Assembly (NCBI RefSeq): GCF_964204645.1
Contig: NC_134025.1
Location: 9,920,001 to 9,984,000 of the forward strand
Length of the DNA stretch: 64,000 nucleotides
Source of the DNA: Tubulanus polymorphus
Lineage: Eukaryota > Animalia > Nemertea
Direction: 5' to 3'
Part shown: one piece after another, positions 41,500 to 53,456 of the stretch
Layout of the letters: each line of letters begins with the position of its first letter
How positions within the stretch are numbered: position 1 is the stretch's first letter
Program-made: the position numbers and the translations under genes
The notes under the pieces: model-generated
What the model saw: the letters and a program-made list of their open reading frames with translations, nothing else
What the model was told of the DNA's origin: nothing
The model's database searches: none

Positions 41500-43390
41500 A
41501 ATATGATACGTACGGAGAAGCGCCAGGTTCAGTAAAAATACATCAGTCAGGGAGGACTAATGTGCTTCATGCGGTATAAGCGATACCAACTACCTGACGG
41601 CGTATTGGTTTCGAGAGGAGTCCAGTAGCTGTGAACCCAATATCGCCTGTACCGTGAGACTCTCAAGCTGTTGACGAGGGTGGAATCTAGAGTAATTGTG
41701 CAAATGTAAATAACGAATGACATCGGCCAATCCCTTAATGATTTGGTATGGAAATAATCAAAGACGAATTCACATTTATACAATAAACACGACATCGTCC
41801 TTGGTTTTCAACGCTATTGAACACTGCGTGCATCCAAATCATATTACACAGAACATATCAATTTCTTCATTCAGCATGTTGGAGAATTTTGGATATTTTG
41901 GCACGGACTCTGGAATCAAACAACATAGTGTCTCATGATGAAGTTGCTTTTCATTTTCTACGATGCATTAATCGATTCCTTTCGCAAATAATATCGTTGC
42001 ATCGAGGATGCCTCGAATTGCTCTTTGCTAGCGTTTTTCTTCATTACTCAGAATGAGATATCGCTTTTTCAAAGGGATTTCACTAAGGTCAGATCGGGTT
42101 TATTAAATTCAATCTAGCTTTGTAGATTTCTTTTTGTAAAACATCTTCCGTCGACGACGGTGGTTCACCGCCGTGTTTCTGATATTCTGCTCGTGAGCTG
42201 GTATCGGAGGGATGCTGCTGACGTGGAAAAATCAGCTGATATCGCCTGCCACTCCTGCAAAACACTCTGGCGTGCATTTTTTCATGAACAGTCGTATACT
42301 CATCTCAACTCCTTACTTTGAGGCATGTGATACTGCCCTATGAAATGAAAGACCGACGCTTTCTTGACGACTAAAAGATGAAGAAATGGAGAATATGTAT
42401 CTAACAGTGGAGTCGATTTCAATGCACAGATCAATGGTGTCCTTGTGAGCCTTGCAATTTGTCACACTTCACTTAGTCGATGTGGGAGCGAGATCGCTGC
42501 GCAGGCCTCATTCCTAATGCCTTGTTTTAGGCTCAAAATGGCCCAGGGGTGACTCGGCGATGGGGAATGAATGTAATTTCAGCCTTGCATGCGAGTTTAT
42601 CAGGCGTTACAAAAATATTAATTTATGCTCATCAGGATCCAACAACGTCGATTGCACGACCTGACTGCTGTTAGACACTGTCATATCCTTCCGACTGCAG
42701 ACGACCCGCCGAAGGTCAAGGTCGATTATTTGCCGCGATCGTCGGCATGGGAGATACAAGTCGTTATATCTTGGTGACCGGGAATGGTGACCAAAGGCTC
42801 TAAAACAGGTATGCACAACTCCTAAAACCGATTGTTTTGTTAAGTCGTAATTGATAGTTGCTCCTGCAGATTTGTCTTTTTTGCCGCCTGTTAGGTTGTT
42901 CTCAGCTCGCTAGTACTGCAAATCAACAGAAAGAGGACCAGCTAATTTTGCAAATACATCACCGATAAAGCATTCAAACAAACAAACAAACATCTAATGT
43001 ACCTGCCGTGCAACCATATCGATGATATCGTGTTTAAGTTCGGTTGTTTTTTCGGCTAGAGGTCAAGAACCATCGAGACGCATATATATGTAATGGCCGA
43101 CACATTTATCTAGGCCTACGATAGCGCGTCGCCGTAATTTTTCATCTAGCGCCGATGCAATTCGATTGATCGAGTTGAACGATCAATAGATATCACTTCG
43201 ATAGGCCTATGGTGAACAGTACGAAGGATACTTCAGCTTATAATTCAATGTAACAGCCATTTTCTGCAAATATTCCCAGTGAACTTTGTAGATATCAGTT
43301 CCGGGCTCCACGAGAGTCGTCGGTTTTGATTCGTCGACGTCACCCACAGACAAAATCATTATAATAATTTCCAGACCAGTGTCTCATGTA
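41500..43390 (-). pseudogene. Decayed spliced gene with a protein-kinase-like C-lobe remnant
   Basis: Long protein-like frames with scattered stops. YQIIKGLADVIRYLHLHNYSRFHP resembles subdomain VIa/VIb (41678-41748), LIPHEA resembles APE, and SSLTDVF resembles subdomain IX. The frame is preserved across an 87-nt GT-AG intron (42916-43002). Confidence 0.5.
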
Positions 43391-43660
43391 AAATGAGTTT
43401 TTTACCACGTTTCCCAGGTTATAGCAGTGCGATTAGATTATCTATGAACGAATTGTTGCAACGTTTTAATAATTCATACATAAATGAAATTAGTTTCGGT
43501 GTACATGAATAAAGCAGGAATACTATAAGTAGGTTTTAGTCTGATAAATCAACCTGTTTCCAATAAAAGAACAGCAATGCCGCGTATTGAATGATACACG
43601 ATATTTTTCTTGATAATATGTAGCACTACTCTTCTGCGTCGGGTCTTTCTGCCAAAATGT

Positions 43661-43680
43661 TTCCCACTGCGCATGCGCGT
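43661..43680. promoter_or_regulatory. NRF1-type motif with adjacent TTCCCA, possible relic promoter of the decayed minus-strand gene
   Basis: ttcccacTGCGCATGCGC (43668-43678), about 300 nt upstream of the decayed frame ending at ~43390. Confidence 0.35.
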
Positions 43681-43769
43681 CGCAAACATATTCTATGAAA
43701 TACGTAGGTATGCACTACAAGGCTATTATTTGGCACTCATTTTTGCGGGGTCTTTTCGCTGAGGAATTT

Positions 43770-45330
43770 ACCTGATTTTTTTAGTCTCCGGGATATAGGT
43801 GAACCATCTGTCGACATGTCCAGCCGCTTTTGTCCTTTCAGAGATGGCCATTTTCGTGACCGCAACAGATTGCACCTCGCTGTTTTTAACCTGCATTCAT
43901 TGAACACAATAAAAAAGCAGAATTTCGAATGGATGATATATCAAATGATTTTGTATATGAAAGAAGTAATTTTATCTTCGGAGATTTGTTTTTCATATGT
44001 GTATATATATGTATTGATGTCAATGTCAAGTTAATAACGAAATGTACGAAACTAAACAACAGAAATGATGTAAAAAATCAAATCCGTAACAGCTTCCATA
44101 AGCGATTGCGTCATTTGGCTGACTTCCACGCCACCTATTGTTGATCTCAATTTAAACAATCTAAAGTTTATATGGAAACTATGACAATGTAGGTTATCTA
44201 ATTTAAAGAAAAAAGAGGAATACCTTCTGATATCATCAACTTCATCCTGCGTTATTTCTTCATCATACTGGCTTAGATACTCGGTCAAAACGCGTTTGGC
44301 AAATAATCTGGATCCAATCGCCACAAACACGTCTTAACGGGTGAGAGTTAATAACCGGTTTTTCGGTTTTTTCAGTCGAATTGATTTCAAATATATGGAT
44401 AAATTCGAAATATCTTAGCGTAAATGGCATGTAAACGATAGCAAAATTGGAAGTATGTTTTGACCAAATTTTCCGAGCCAAGTACTCCCGTGGGCCTAAA
44501 TCTTTTGAGCTTTTGAGATCATTATTTCATCAACGCGTACTTCACACTGAGCTCGTATCGATGTCGTATGTGTGTAGTGTGAAATTTGAGAAATTCTGTT
44601 GAATGATGGCTCCAGTTTCGCGTTGTGTAAACTCGGTATTAATTGAGTTGATACGAGGCTTCAGATACTCAAAATCGGGGTCAATTGTAACGATTATTGG
44701 CTTTTTCATACATCGGTGAATGTGATCGTGTGTTTTGCGTCCTTTTTCAAGTGTTTCACTGGATCTTTTTGCACCGAGTTTTTTGTATCAATACTTAACC
44801 TTGTTTCCCTATAACAACCATCCAACTGACGATGCTTTGATTAATGGGATCGTGTTTTGATCATTTTCCTGCATCGTCGGATGGCCACACACACAAAATT
44901 CATATCATCAACGGAGTCTAAGGGAAAAGGGGGGTTAGACATCCTAAGCTACTCACCCATACAATTCAGCAAGTATCCGAACTATCATTTTCTTATCCAT
45001 AAAAAAACTCGAAAATCTTTACAAATGTAAAAACTCCTTGCCGCAATCTGGATTCAGTTCCACAGGTGTGAGTTCAAATGAACTTATCATGTCTGTGGGC
45101 TTAGGTCTATTGAACGGGGCCCTTGAAGATAATCTTTCGTATTCTTTTATCGACATCTGATATATTCGTAAACAATGAACTAGTAACATCATTTTTCTGT
45201 CTTCGATCGCTGTGTGTAACTTGTGCCTTTTCTTGGTCTAGTTTTCATCTATTTTTGGTTTTATTTGAACAGTGCAGTCAAAATTCAAACAATGTATTCG
45301 TTTATTTCAAAAAATGGAGATACATGTAAA
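43770..45330 (-). pseudogene. Decayed multi-exon coding remnant interrupted by a MITE
   Basis: Frames such as RVLTEYLSQYDEEITQDEVDDIR, STIGGVEVSQMTQSLMEAVTDLIF and KEYERLSS/RLRQGVFTFVKIFE, the last split by the MITE at 45048-45122. Minus-strand donors lie near 44955, 44222 and 43771. Confidence 0.35.
45048..45122. mobile_element. MITE related to the 11859 element
   Basis: Begins ctggattcagttccacaggtgtgagtt, like 11859, and ends ctattgaacggggccc. It interrupts a decayed reading frame. Confidence 0.55.
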
Positions 45331-47061
45331 CAGTAAAAACACGATTTGCTATTGCCATAGATTTCATTAAGTAAAAATAATTTCATAGGGTAAATCAATA
45401 TCAGCGGAGTTGTCCACTGTAGCGTTAAATTCGGCATAATATTCGCATGGTCGAAATGTGCAGTGATAAGTGATCGGAGTGTCTTTTTCTCGAAAAACCT
45501 CATAAGATTCGATCCTCGTCGTGATATATTGCGTCTTTTGTGATCGAAAAATGCGCGTGGGTATAGGAATTTATCACATCGACAGCCGACCTATGCAATA
45601 TGTTGCAAATTCGCCGAGCATTAAGAAACCCTATACAAAACGTCTAGCTACCGTTTGGGTGACAATGCACCAGCAGCGGGTATAATGGCGATGATGCATG
45701 CACGCATCCCCGTCTCCAGCGCTATTATGCAATATTACGTAATCAATGGATATGTCGCAATATCACTACGCGACTAGACAAAATTGTCAGATTCCAGCCG
45801 AAATAGTTCGTTCCAGACAGTGCATGTAACTTGTTCGATCAAGTTTTCTTTAATGCATTTAGGTTTTGCGAGAGCTATCATTTACAATGCAAACATTACT
45901 TTTTGACTCCTATATCGTAACGGATCACCGGCGATAATAATATGGAAACTAATGTTGGGTACATGTAATTATGAAAAGCACAGGCGTGGTTTTCGTTATA
46001 TCCCGCCCAGTTATAGATGGGTATCGGGGGAAGAAGTTGACATTACCTGTCTAGGGTAGGGTTGTGGTATGCTTGTATGGAAGAAATTAGACCCCCCGAT
46101 AAACTAGTAAACTCGATAGCCGTATGGGCGACGTTTAAAAACTTGGCTGTCGTCGTTTCGACGTTCAGTCATCGCAATCTTCTTAGTCTTTCCTTCTTCT
46201 CGTGGTACCGGCTTCAATTCGGAATAGCTAGGATTTTACCGATTTATCCTCGGTGTGCGAGGCGAACAGATTTGGATTTATTTCATTATTTTCAGATGCG
46301 GACCCGATAGTTCCAAATTGGCACATCTGTTCGCCGGTCAGACGTTCTCCGATTCATGTTTGCATTTTCCATTCGTATAATTGATAGAAACTTTCATTCA
46401 GCTCGAAAAAAAACGCGACGGCTCTGCGGTTTTTCTATGCGTCATTCTTGACAACGGAGAAAAGACCGGTACAATGGTAACCATTGTTGACCGCTGGTCA
46501 GTCATTATGGTCAAAGAAAACAGGTTTAGAATCTAACACCACTCGAGAGCGTTTCATCAAAAACTTAAATTTCTATGATTTTTTCGTCATGATTCTTTTA
46601 ATGCAGCGAAATGCACCACGTGATTGATGCCGAGTGTATAGTTATCAGCGGAATGAGCACTAACTTGTCATCTGAGGTATTGCTAGTAGGCATTCATTTC
46701 AATGGAAGTGGACATTTGACCACTGGCTGACCATTGGCTTTTTTCAATGGTGATATGGCCGGATTTGCTGTTTTGGATACATTGTTACAATCGTCATGAG
46801 AGGTCGCACCTCTAAATAATGAACCTCTTTTTATATTGACGAACAAAAACCTTGAAGTCAGTAGAAAACCAAACGTTCACTCGTTCACATATCGAATACG
46901 GTCGTAACTTTGCGGGTAGAATTCAAATACGAAAATGATGACCAGGTTTACAAGGCTTATCTCGCTGACCTGGAATTGATTGAAAGACTCATCAGTAGAT
47001 ACCTAAAATCATACCGCTGGATATTACATTTCGGCTGTAAAAAGAAATATCAAGGACAAAG

Positions 47062-47221
47062 ATGGATTTTGCAATGGCGCTGATCCATCATCGACCGCAA
47101 CATCCAAACATTATGTTTTTCACGGATTTTATGGATGATGTACTTCTGAACGGAACGTTCAACAGTACGAGTACAACGACAGACGTCACCACAAGTCCAG
47201 AAACGTCCATGTCGGAAGAAG
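47062..47221 (+). CDS. Candidate alternative first coding exon (53 aa, MDFAMAL...ETSMSEE-G), probably of lin-28
   Basis: aagATGg start, 160 nt open, donor GAAG|gtacgt in phase 1, compatible with the 59209 acceptor. Upstream are TATA-like tttatatt (~46829) and Inr-like TCAGT (46858). Confidence 0.6.
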
Positions 47222-48716
47222 GTACGTTGCTTGGTAAATGTTAGTAATATTCATGTCTTGAACGGTTACGTTTTGCAACTCTGAGACGTTTCACATGAGA
47301 AGATGACTGTAGTTCGATTATAGCTTGAACACTGGAAATATGTGTTTATATGGTTTTGTAAATCGTGTTTAGTTTCCTTTTCTCGGTGCGCGAGTTACGA
47401 TATTTCAAGTGATATGCAATAGATGGCGACACGCGAATCGTCGTCTGGGCGCCAACCTTGATACTGAAGTTCTTGGCGGATGTTGTTTATACCTTTGCTG
47501 ATTCTTTGTTTCATGTAAACAGGAAAAAGAAGCAGATTCACTGAAAATATGAACATGCCACGGGCTGTTTTCTATTGTTTCTAGTTCTCTTCCACGTTCA
47601 GTTATATGTCAGCTTTTATCTTATATATACTTCATACTGAAATTTAATTTTCATAAGATTTCCCGTATATTTGATCATACGCACTTTTGTAGACCTTTAT
47701 AACTCAAGGATAACCATGAACAAATCGGTTACGCGCGATAGTGTGTATGTGTGTGAAAATTGTGTGAAAATAGCTTTAGAAACCATAAAATCACTGTTTC
47801 CATTTTTTTCTTCTATTACATGTTCTCTGTAGTTCTCGCTATTTTCCATCTTCACGGATTCCGTGCGAAAAAGAGCAGCATATTAACATTCGTGTTTAAT
47901 TCTATCTGTCAGATATCCAATCACGACATCGGGGAAAAAATCTGATCAGTAATTTGTCAATACGGAATTATGTAACATTCTTCGAGAACCATATGCGAGA
48001 ATAAGTTTATATCTATATATGTATATAATAATAATCTCGGCCCACTCGGGTGTATTTTGTAATACGAAAAGTTGTTAGTAGGGTGTGGTAATTTATCCGC
48101 TGGAAAAAAAACAACTAAAACTGTAATATTCTAACCCTTCTCCCAACTCGGACTGATGTCCATTGTCCGAATATACAGTAAAGGTCCCATATATCGCCCC
48201 GTTGGGACCGATGAAAATACGGCGTTACAACGAATTTGGTGATATAAAGGTCGATTTCGGATTGAACAAATTTGTTCTCTGAAAGAAAAATTTTGGCGTT
48301 AAAGAGAGCAGTGCCATTGAAAAGGATTGCATTATTACGAACTTTGGCTGTATATATATACTAGCCAGTAAGGTATCGGTATTTCTTTTCATAATAACCG
48401 TCACCACAGGTGATATCCTCCGCACTGCGGCTCAGCTCAGAACATTCCAAAAACTCGGCCATAACAAGCAATTGCGGCCGCGGTGAGATCGGTGCAATGG
48501 GTACTTTCACGAAAATATGATTGGATTTTCTCGGGCGAGAAATGTACACATAGAAAGCTTCCTCTAAAACTGTTTTTAGCGCGTCAAACGTCAATCAGTT
48601 CCATTGTGTACACGAGCTGAATGATAACCATGAAATTATTTTGCCATAAAAACGAGTGGGTGCCGGGCCCCGCAAAACTGATATATGCGCGTGATAATAA
48701 AGACTTACTTTTGTCA

Positions 48717-48735
48717 GTGTGTGTGTGTGTGTGTG
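48717..48735. repeat. (GT)n microsatellite just upstream of the 48781 TATA box
   Basis: gtgtgtgtgtgtgtgtgtg. Confidence 0.9.
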
Positions 48736-48780
48736 CTTGTGATGGTGTGAAGGAGAAAGCGTTGTTTTTTGTGTACGCGA

Positions 48781-48995
48781 TATAAAAGAATGACTGAGGT
48801 CACACGGGATCACTGGTTCAGATATTGGTGAATGAATGACACCGTGGACACGACGTATATTCTTTCATTGTAAAAAAGGAAATAGCAGGTGAAAGTTATG
48901 CACCGAATATTTAAAGAATTCATTTAGTTTTGCGCGGATTCATCATAACGGACTTTTCAAAACCGGATATTGTTCGTTGAACGAATGCCGATAAG
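48781..48995 (+). promoter_or_regulatory. TATA+Inr core promoter with a probable non-coding first exon
   Basis: TATAAAAG at 48781, TCACT Inr with its A at 48812 (31 nt spacing), donor AAG|gttagt after 48995. Confidence 0.45.
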
Positions 48996-50616
48996 GTTAG
49001 TTTTCTTTCAAAATATCAGTTTTAGGTCACCGGTCGATGGTCATCGTGTGCGTAGGCTACTCGATCTTGCACCGTACAAGCCCAACCAAATGATCCAACA
49101 GCGCGCGTGTAAATCTTAAATATTTTCGGGAGCTCACCGTTAGCCATTGATCTCGAATTTCGACTTAACTAATTTTGCGCTGTACGAAAGTAGTTATATT
49201 CTATTTCGAATTAAACTATATAAATCGTGCTCAGAAATTATCATTATCTTTCGCGGCCGCCATGTTGTATTGTCGGTTGAGACAAGACAATTTTCGTACA
49301 CGCACAGCTCTGAGAAATCTTGTCTGTAACTCTACAGATATTTCGCTAGCATATCTGATTTTGTAGTTTGTTTTCGTCGCACGCAACTTAGGCATTATAT
49401 ATGTTTATAGTTTTTGGAAGTATTTCCATATCGACTTCGACAGTGCAGACCATAGGTCACGTGAACAGTAGGAAGCGTTTCAAATTCGCGAGTTGAAAAT
49501 CAATTCAAAATCGCGCCAACATGATCGTTAAACATTGCATATAACGTATTTGTTAATTTGGAAATGAATGCACTAACACCTTGGTGTTTTTACCGGGTGC
49601 GTCATGCAGAAGAGGTCATTTGAAAAGAGTGACAGTGATAGGTGGCTTCCGATTGGCGGAAACCCCCAGAATAGCAGACGGACCTGCATTTGTAATTAGC
49701 ACAAAGCTGCATGTAACTGAAGGTCACATGGAAGGGAAGACATCTACTCCCAAAGATGGAAATATGAACTAGGTTTGTCAACGTTTACTCTGGATAGAGT
49801 GTTGTCTGGATCTTTTTTCGCTGCCGAAGCTGTCAAACTCAAGCAGCAAGGTGGAGAGGGTGACTAGATGTGTTCATAATGACCTCAGGTGCAGTTCAAA
49901 ACTAGATTTCTACTAAAATGTCACAGCGATAGAAAATAATTTCGTATATAATCTCTTTTTTAGTTTTTTATTCTTTATTTTCATGTTTTCAACGTCTGTC
50001 AATACGGGTAAACGTTGTATTTAATTATTATCTGTTTATGCGTTGCGTTTAGAAGGAAATATATCCAACATGGCCGAATGTATACGTAGTACGGAACGCA
50101 GAATCGAAAACGAAAGATATTTTGGGAATTTATCGTAAACGAAAATAAAGTTCATCGACGCGGCGGTTTTCCGAAAACGTTCACAGGAGAGATGACGCAG
50201 TAGTGATCGGTGAATGACCTTGAATGCTTTCCTAAGCGCAGGTCTCAACTTGTGTTGTTTATTCGAGCACCGGAAGATTATGAAATTACGTTTTCGGGAT
50301 GATTTTTCCTCTCCAATAACGGCGAATTCGACAAAATGAAACGGTGGTGTTTTTGATGGAATGTTTAATGCGTGCATATCTAATGTGTGTATGTATGTGT
50401 GTATGTATACGCATTCGTGAAAAACTCCCCGTATAGATTTCAGGTTTTAATTGGATTGCAGTATCAAAATAGGCTAATTGCTGCCTGCACATTAGTGATA
50501 CTAAATCTAAAATAGTTGACTCCCGGATCGGTAGAATCTCAACACGTTACGTTGGGCTACTGCTCTCCGTAAACGACTGAATGCATTATTTACTACGCAA
50601 TTGCGCAATGTGACCT
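48797..50616. promoter_or_regulatory. Cluster of nuclear-receptor half-sites (AGGTCA/TGACCT), putative enhancer
   Basis: Half-sites at 48797, 49024, 49454, 49613, 49721, 49880, 50215 and 50611. IR3-like TGTTCAtaaTGACCT at 49871-49885. Confidence 0.45.
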
Positions 50617-53426
50617 CGATATAGTGGAACTCGGAGCTCGGAAAAACACCCTACACATGCCGGTGACGATTTCACGACTCCAGACGCTTAAACATTACGA
50701 ATATTAACTTACCTGCAGAAGAAAACCATACGAACAATTGGATCTATATCCAAACGTATAAACGATCCGTGAATGAAAAAGAGCGCGATTGAATGAATGA
50801 GTCGATGGACAATCCCTAAGACGTTAGTACTGCGCAAACCAAAATGGTGGCGCACTTTGCTTCGCTCTCTCGAGCTCGCTGCTACGACGTATGATGACAC
50901 TCCGATCAGCCGTGTTACAATCGTCTTTATCGTTACAGCAAAAGGCAGCTACGTCGTTGAAACGGGTTCCGTTCGGGCCCCCGTTCGTTTTTGGACTGTT
51001 CACAGCACGTAGTTGTTTATACAGCCTACCTCGATAGTGAGAAAATAGGTTCATCCACCAGTGCAATATCGGAAAATGGCGCATTACCAAGAAGCCTTTT
51101 ATGTTGCGCTTCCAGTAGGCTAATAAAGCAATTGTACGTCCATAATTTAGCCGCCCTCGAGGCCATTAAGTCTTTAAATCTCTTCTATCTTGATCGTTGC
51201 GTGTCCCGAGTAAGGCTCACTGCGAAATCCGTGTTGGCGTTCGGGTGGGGTAGTGACATATTTTCATCCGATTTATTGCCGATTAAACGAAAATGACAAT
51301 TGGTCTTTATCTTTGCGCCAACTGACCATCAAAAGGACAACCGAGACACATCAAATGTCTTACTATTGTTTTATCTGTGAATAAGAATAATTTAGTGCTT
51401 GATTCGAAGTCCATCATCGGGTAATAGGCCGGCATGATTCCCTTTTATGTTGATCGCCACGATTCCGACAATGTTAGTCCTTGAGCCCGTTTCCGTAGTG
51501 CGTTCGGAGACCTGGATTTAGTATACATTTAAACTCGCGCCTGTAATTCGGACTGCTAGAATATTTCGACTCGTTCCTTTTTCGTGACGTAAAAAAACCG
51601 TATCTCAAATCGTCATAATCGATGCTCCGATTGCTCCCCTGCCGGTCGGTATTGCCAGCCGTCGACGAGGGCGCGCACTAAAATCTTGTTGCCAATGTTG
51701 TTTGCAGGAATCGCCGAATGCCCTATCATGTACGCCACCGAGGGCTTAACTGGTCCAGTATTCTATTGATGGGGCGGTGACAATAAATCTATGGCTACGT
51801 CGATGGGTATGTACTAAAAATTTCGTTTAGTGCATGTGAAAGTTATTTTTGTACCGTCAATTTTTAAATTTGATCGCGCACAATGCATTTTACACGAGTC
51901 GCGTGTCGAATTGAACACTTACCTGTCATCGTAAAGAGGGTCTATAACTATGCCTCTTGAAAAGGTGTTTTCATTAGTATTCTATATCAAAATGGGTGAA
52001 TACAATGTACCGAAGACTTTATTGCATCATCTTGACATTTGCGCATTGAATGTTTAGTTCACTTCTTATTGCATTGTGAAAAGAACACGGGCATAAAAGG
52101 AAAAACCAGGAATTTTTTCGAGGCTCAACGTCGAAATGAACTAAAACCGTATTTACAAGTTTGCACCGTATAATAGTTTTTTTTCGAAAATTCTAAATAT
52201 GATTTATTCATATGGCTTTGTGGTTCCACTCTTTCTTCGAATTGGCTTTTTCACTTTTTAGGCAATTTTAAAATGCCTTCATTCAGAAAGAACCGTGTAG
52301 CTTTTCGGCAGCTTGTGGTTCGAATTCAACAACGGATAGAAATACTAAAACTGTCTGACATTTTCTAATTCGCATGAGATCTATTTTGATGCCTCTATTT
52401 TTATGGGCGAACTTTCGGTGGTTCGTTTACACCACGTTCCGTGCTTGAATATGAATGAAAAAATATGCGAAGCCCTTCAGATTTTGGCAAACTTATGTTG
52501 TGTGTCCAGCTGCAGTTGTGCAGTTTCTCGATAAGTCTGAATGTCATTCGCCGTTATTTTTCACGATATGCGAAATTTGTTTCGGAAAGATTGAATTGGC
52601 GAAATATTATATATGCCCGTAAAATATTCCTCCAGTGCACGCACAGACAACGTATTCGGAGTTTCGGTTTTGATAAATAAATGGTGAATGATTTCATAAG
52701 TGAAATAGGGTATTTCGCGACGGTTTAATTTCTATGGTCATCTTTCTCTGGGCTGTTTTATTTTCGGAGATTTCCAATTCTTCGATTCTATGGAGAATTG
52801 TGTCGTATTTCGAAAACGTATGTCAGCTATTTCAAATTTGGTAAAATGGCGCTCAGTCGTGGCGCGTCTGCTGTTTAGGTTAATAACCAGATCTCGTGCT
52901 AACCTGGGCTTTTTTAATCTCCCGTGGCTTCTTCTTGAGCCCTATGATTTGCCCTATGTTCTCCGTGTCATCGTGTCATCATGTCCTCTTCGGACGATTA
53001 GTATTCAATCAGGTACATCCGACTGCGTCAGCAGTCGCTTCCTAATGAGGTTTTAATTTGCGTATTGGTCAGTTTTATCGATCCCGGTTTTGTCCGGTAA
53101 AGAAAGGAGTGACCAAGCAGTTGTTCCGGCGCATGAATATACAATTGTTCCGTGTCGACTTCACATTTTCATCTCATCTGTTTCATACTTATATGCATTA
53201 TGAATGATTCCTTATTTGCCTTGGTATTTTAGTGCTCCGAGCACTGCGATGGTTGGTGCGAACGGCTCGCCAGCCGAGGCTTCGCAATAGCATATATTAT
53301 GCGTAGTATCGGATACATCGCTTATAATATCATTAGTGATTCTGCCGGGAAGCGTCAGCGCTTGGTATACATACGTACATACCAAGACTCGTAGGCTACT
53401 TAGTCGAAAACTATCTTAGTTACCTA

Positions 53427-53456
53427 TTTTCTATCCATTTATAAATGGATAGAAAA
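53427..53456. repeat. Perfect 30-bp palindrome
   Basis: ttttctatccattta|taaatggatagaaaa is its own reverse complement. Confidence 0.95.
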
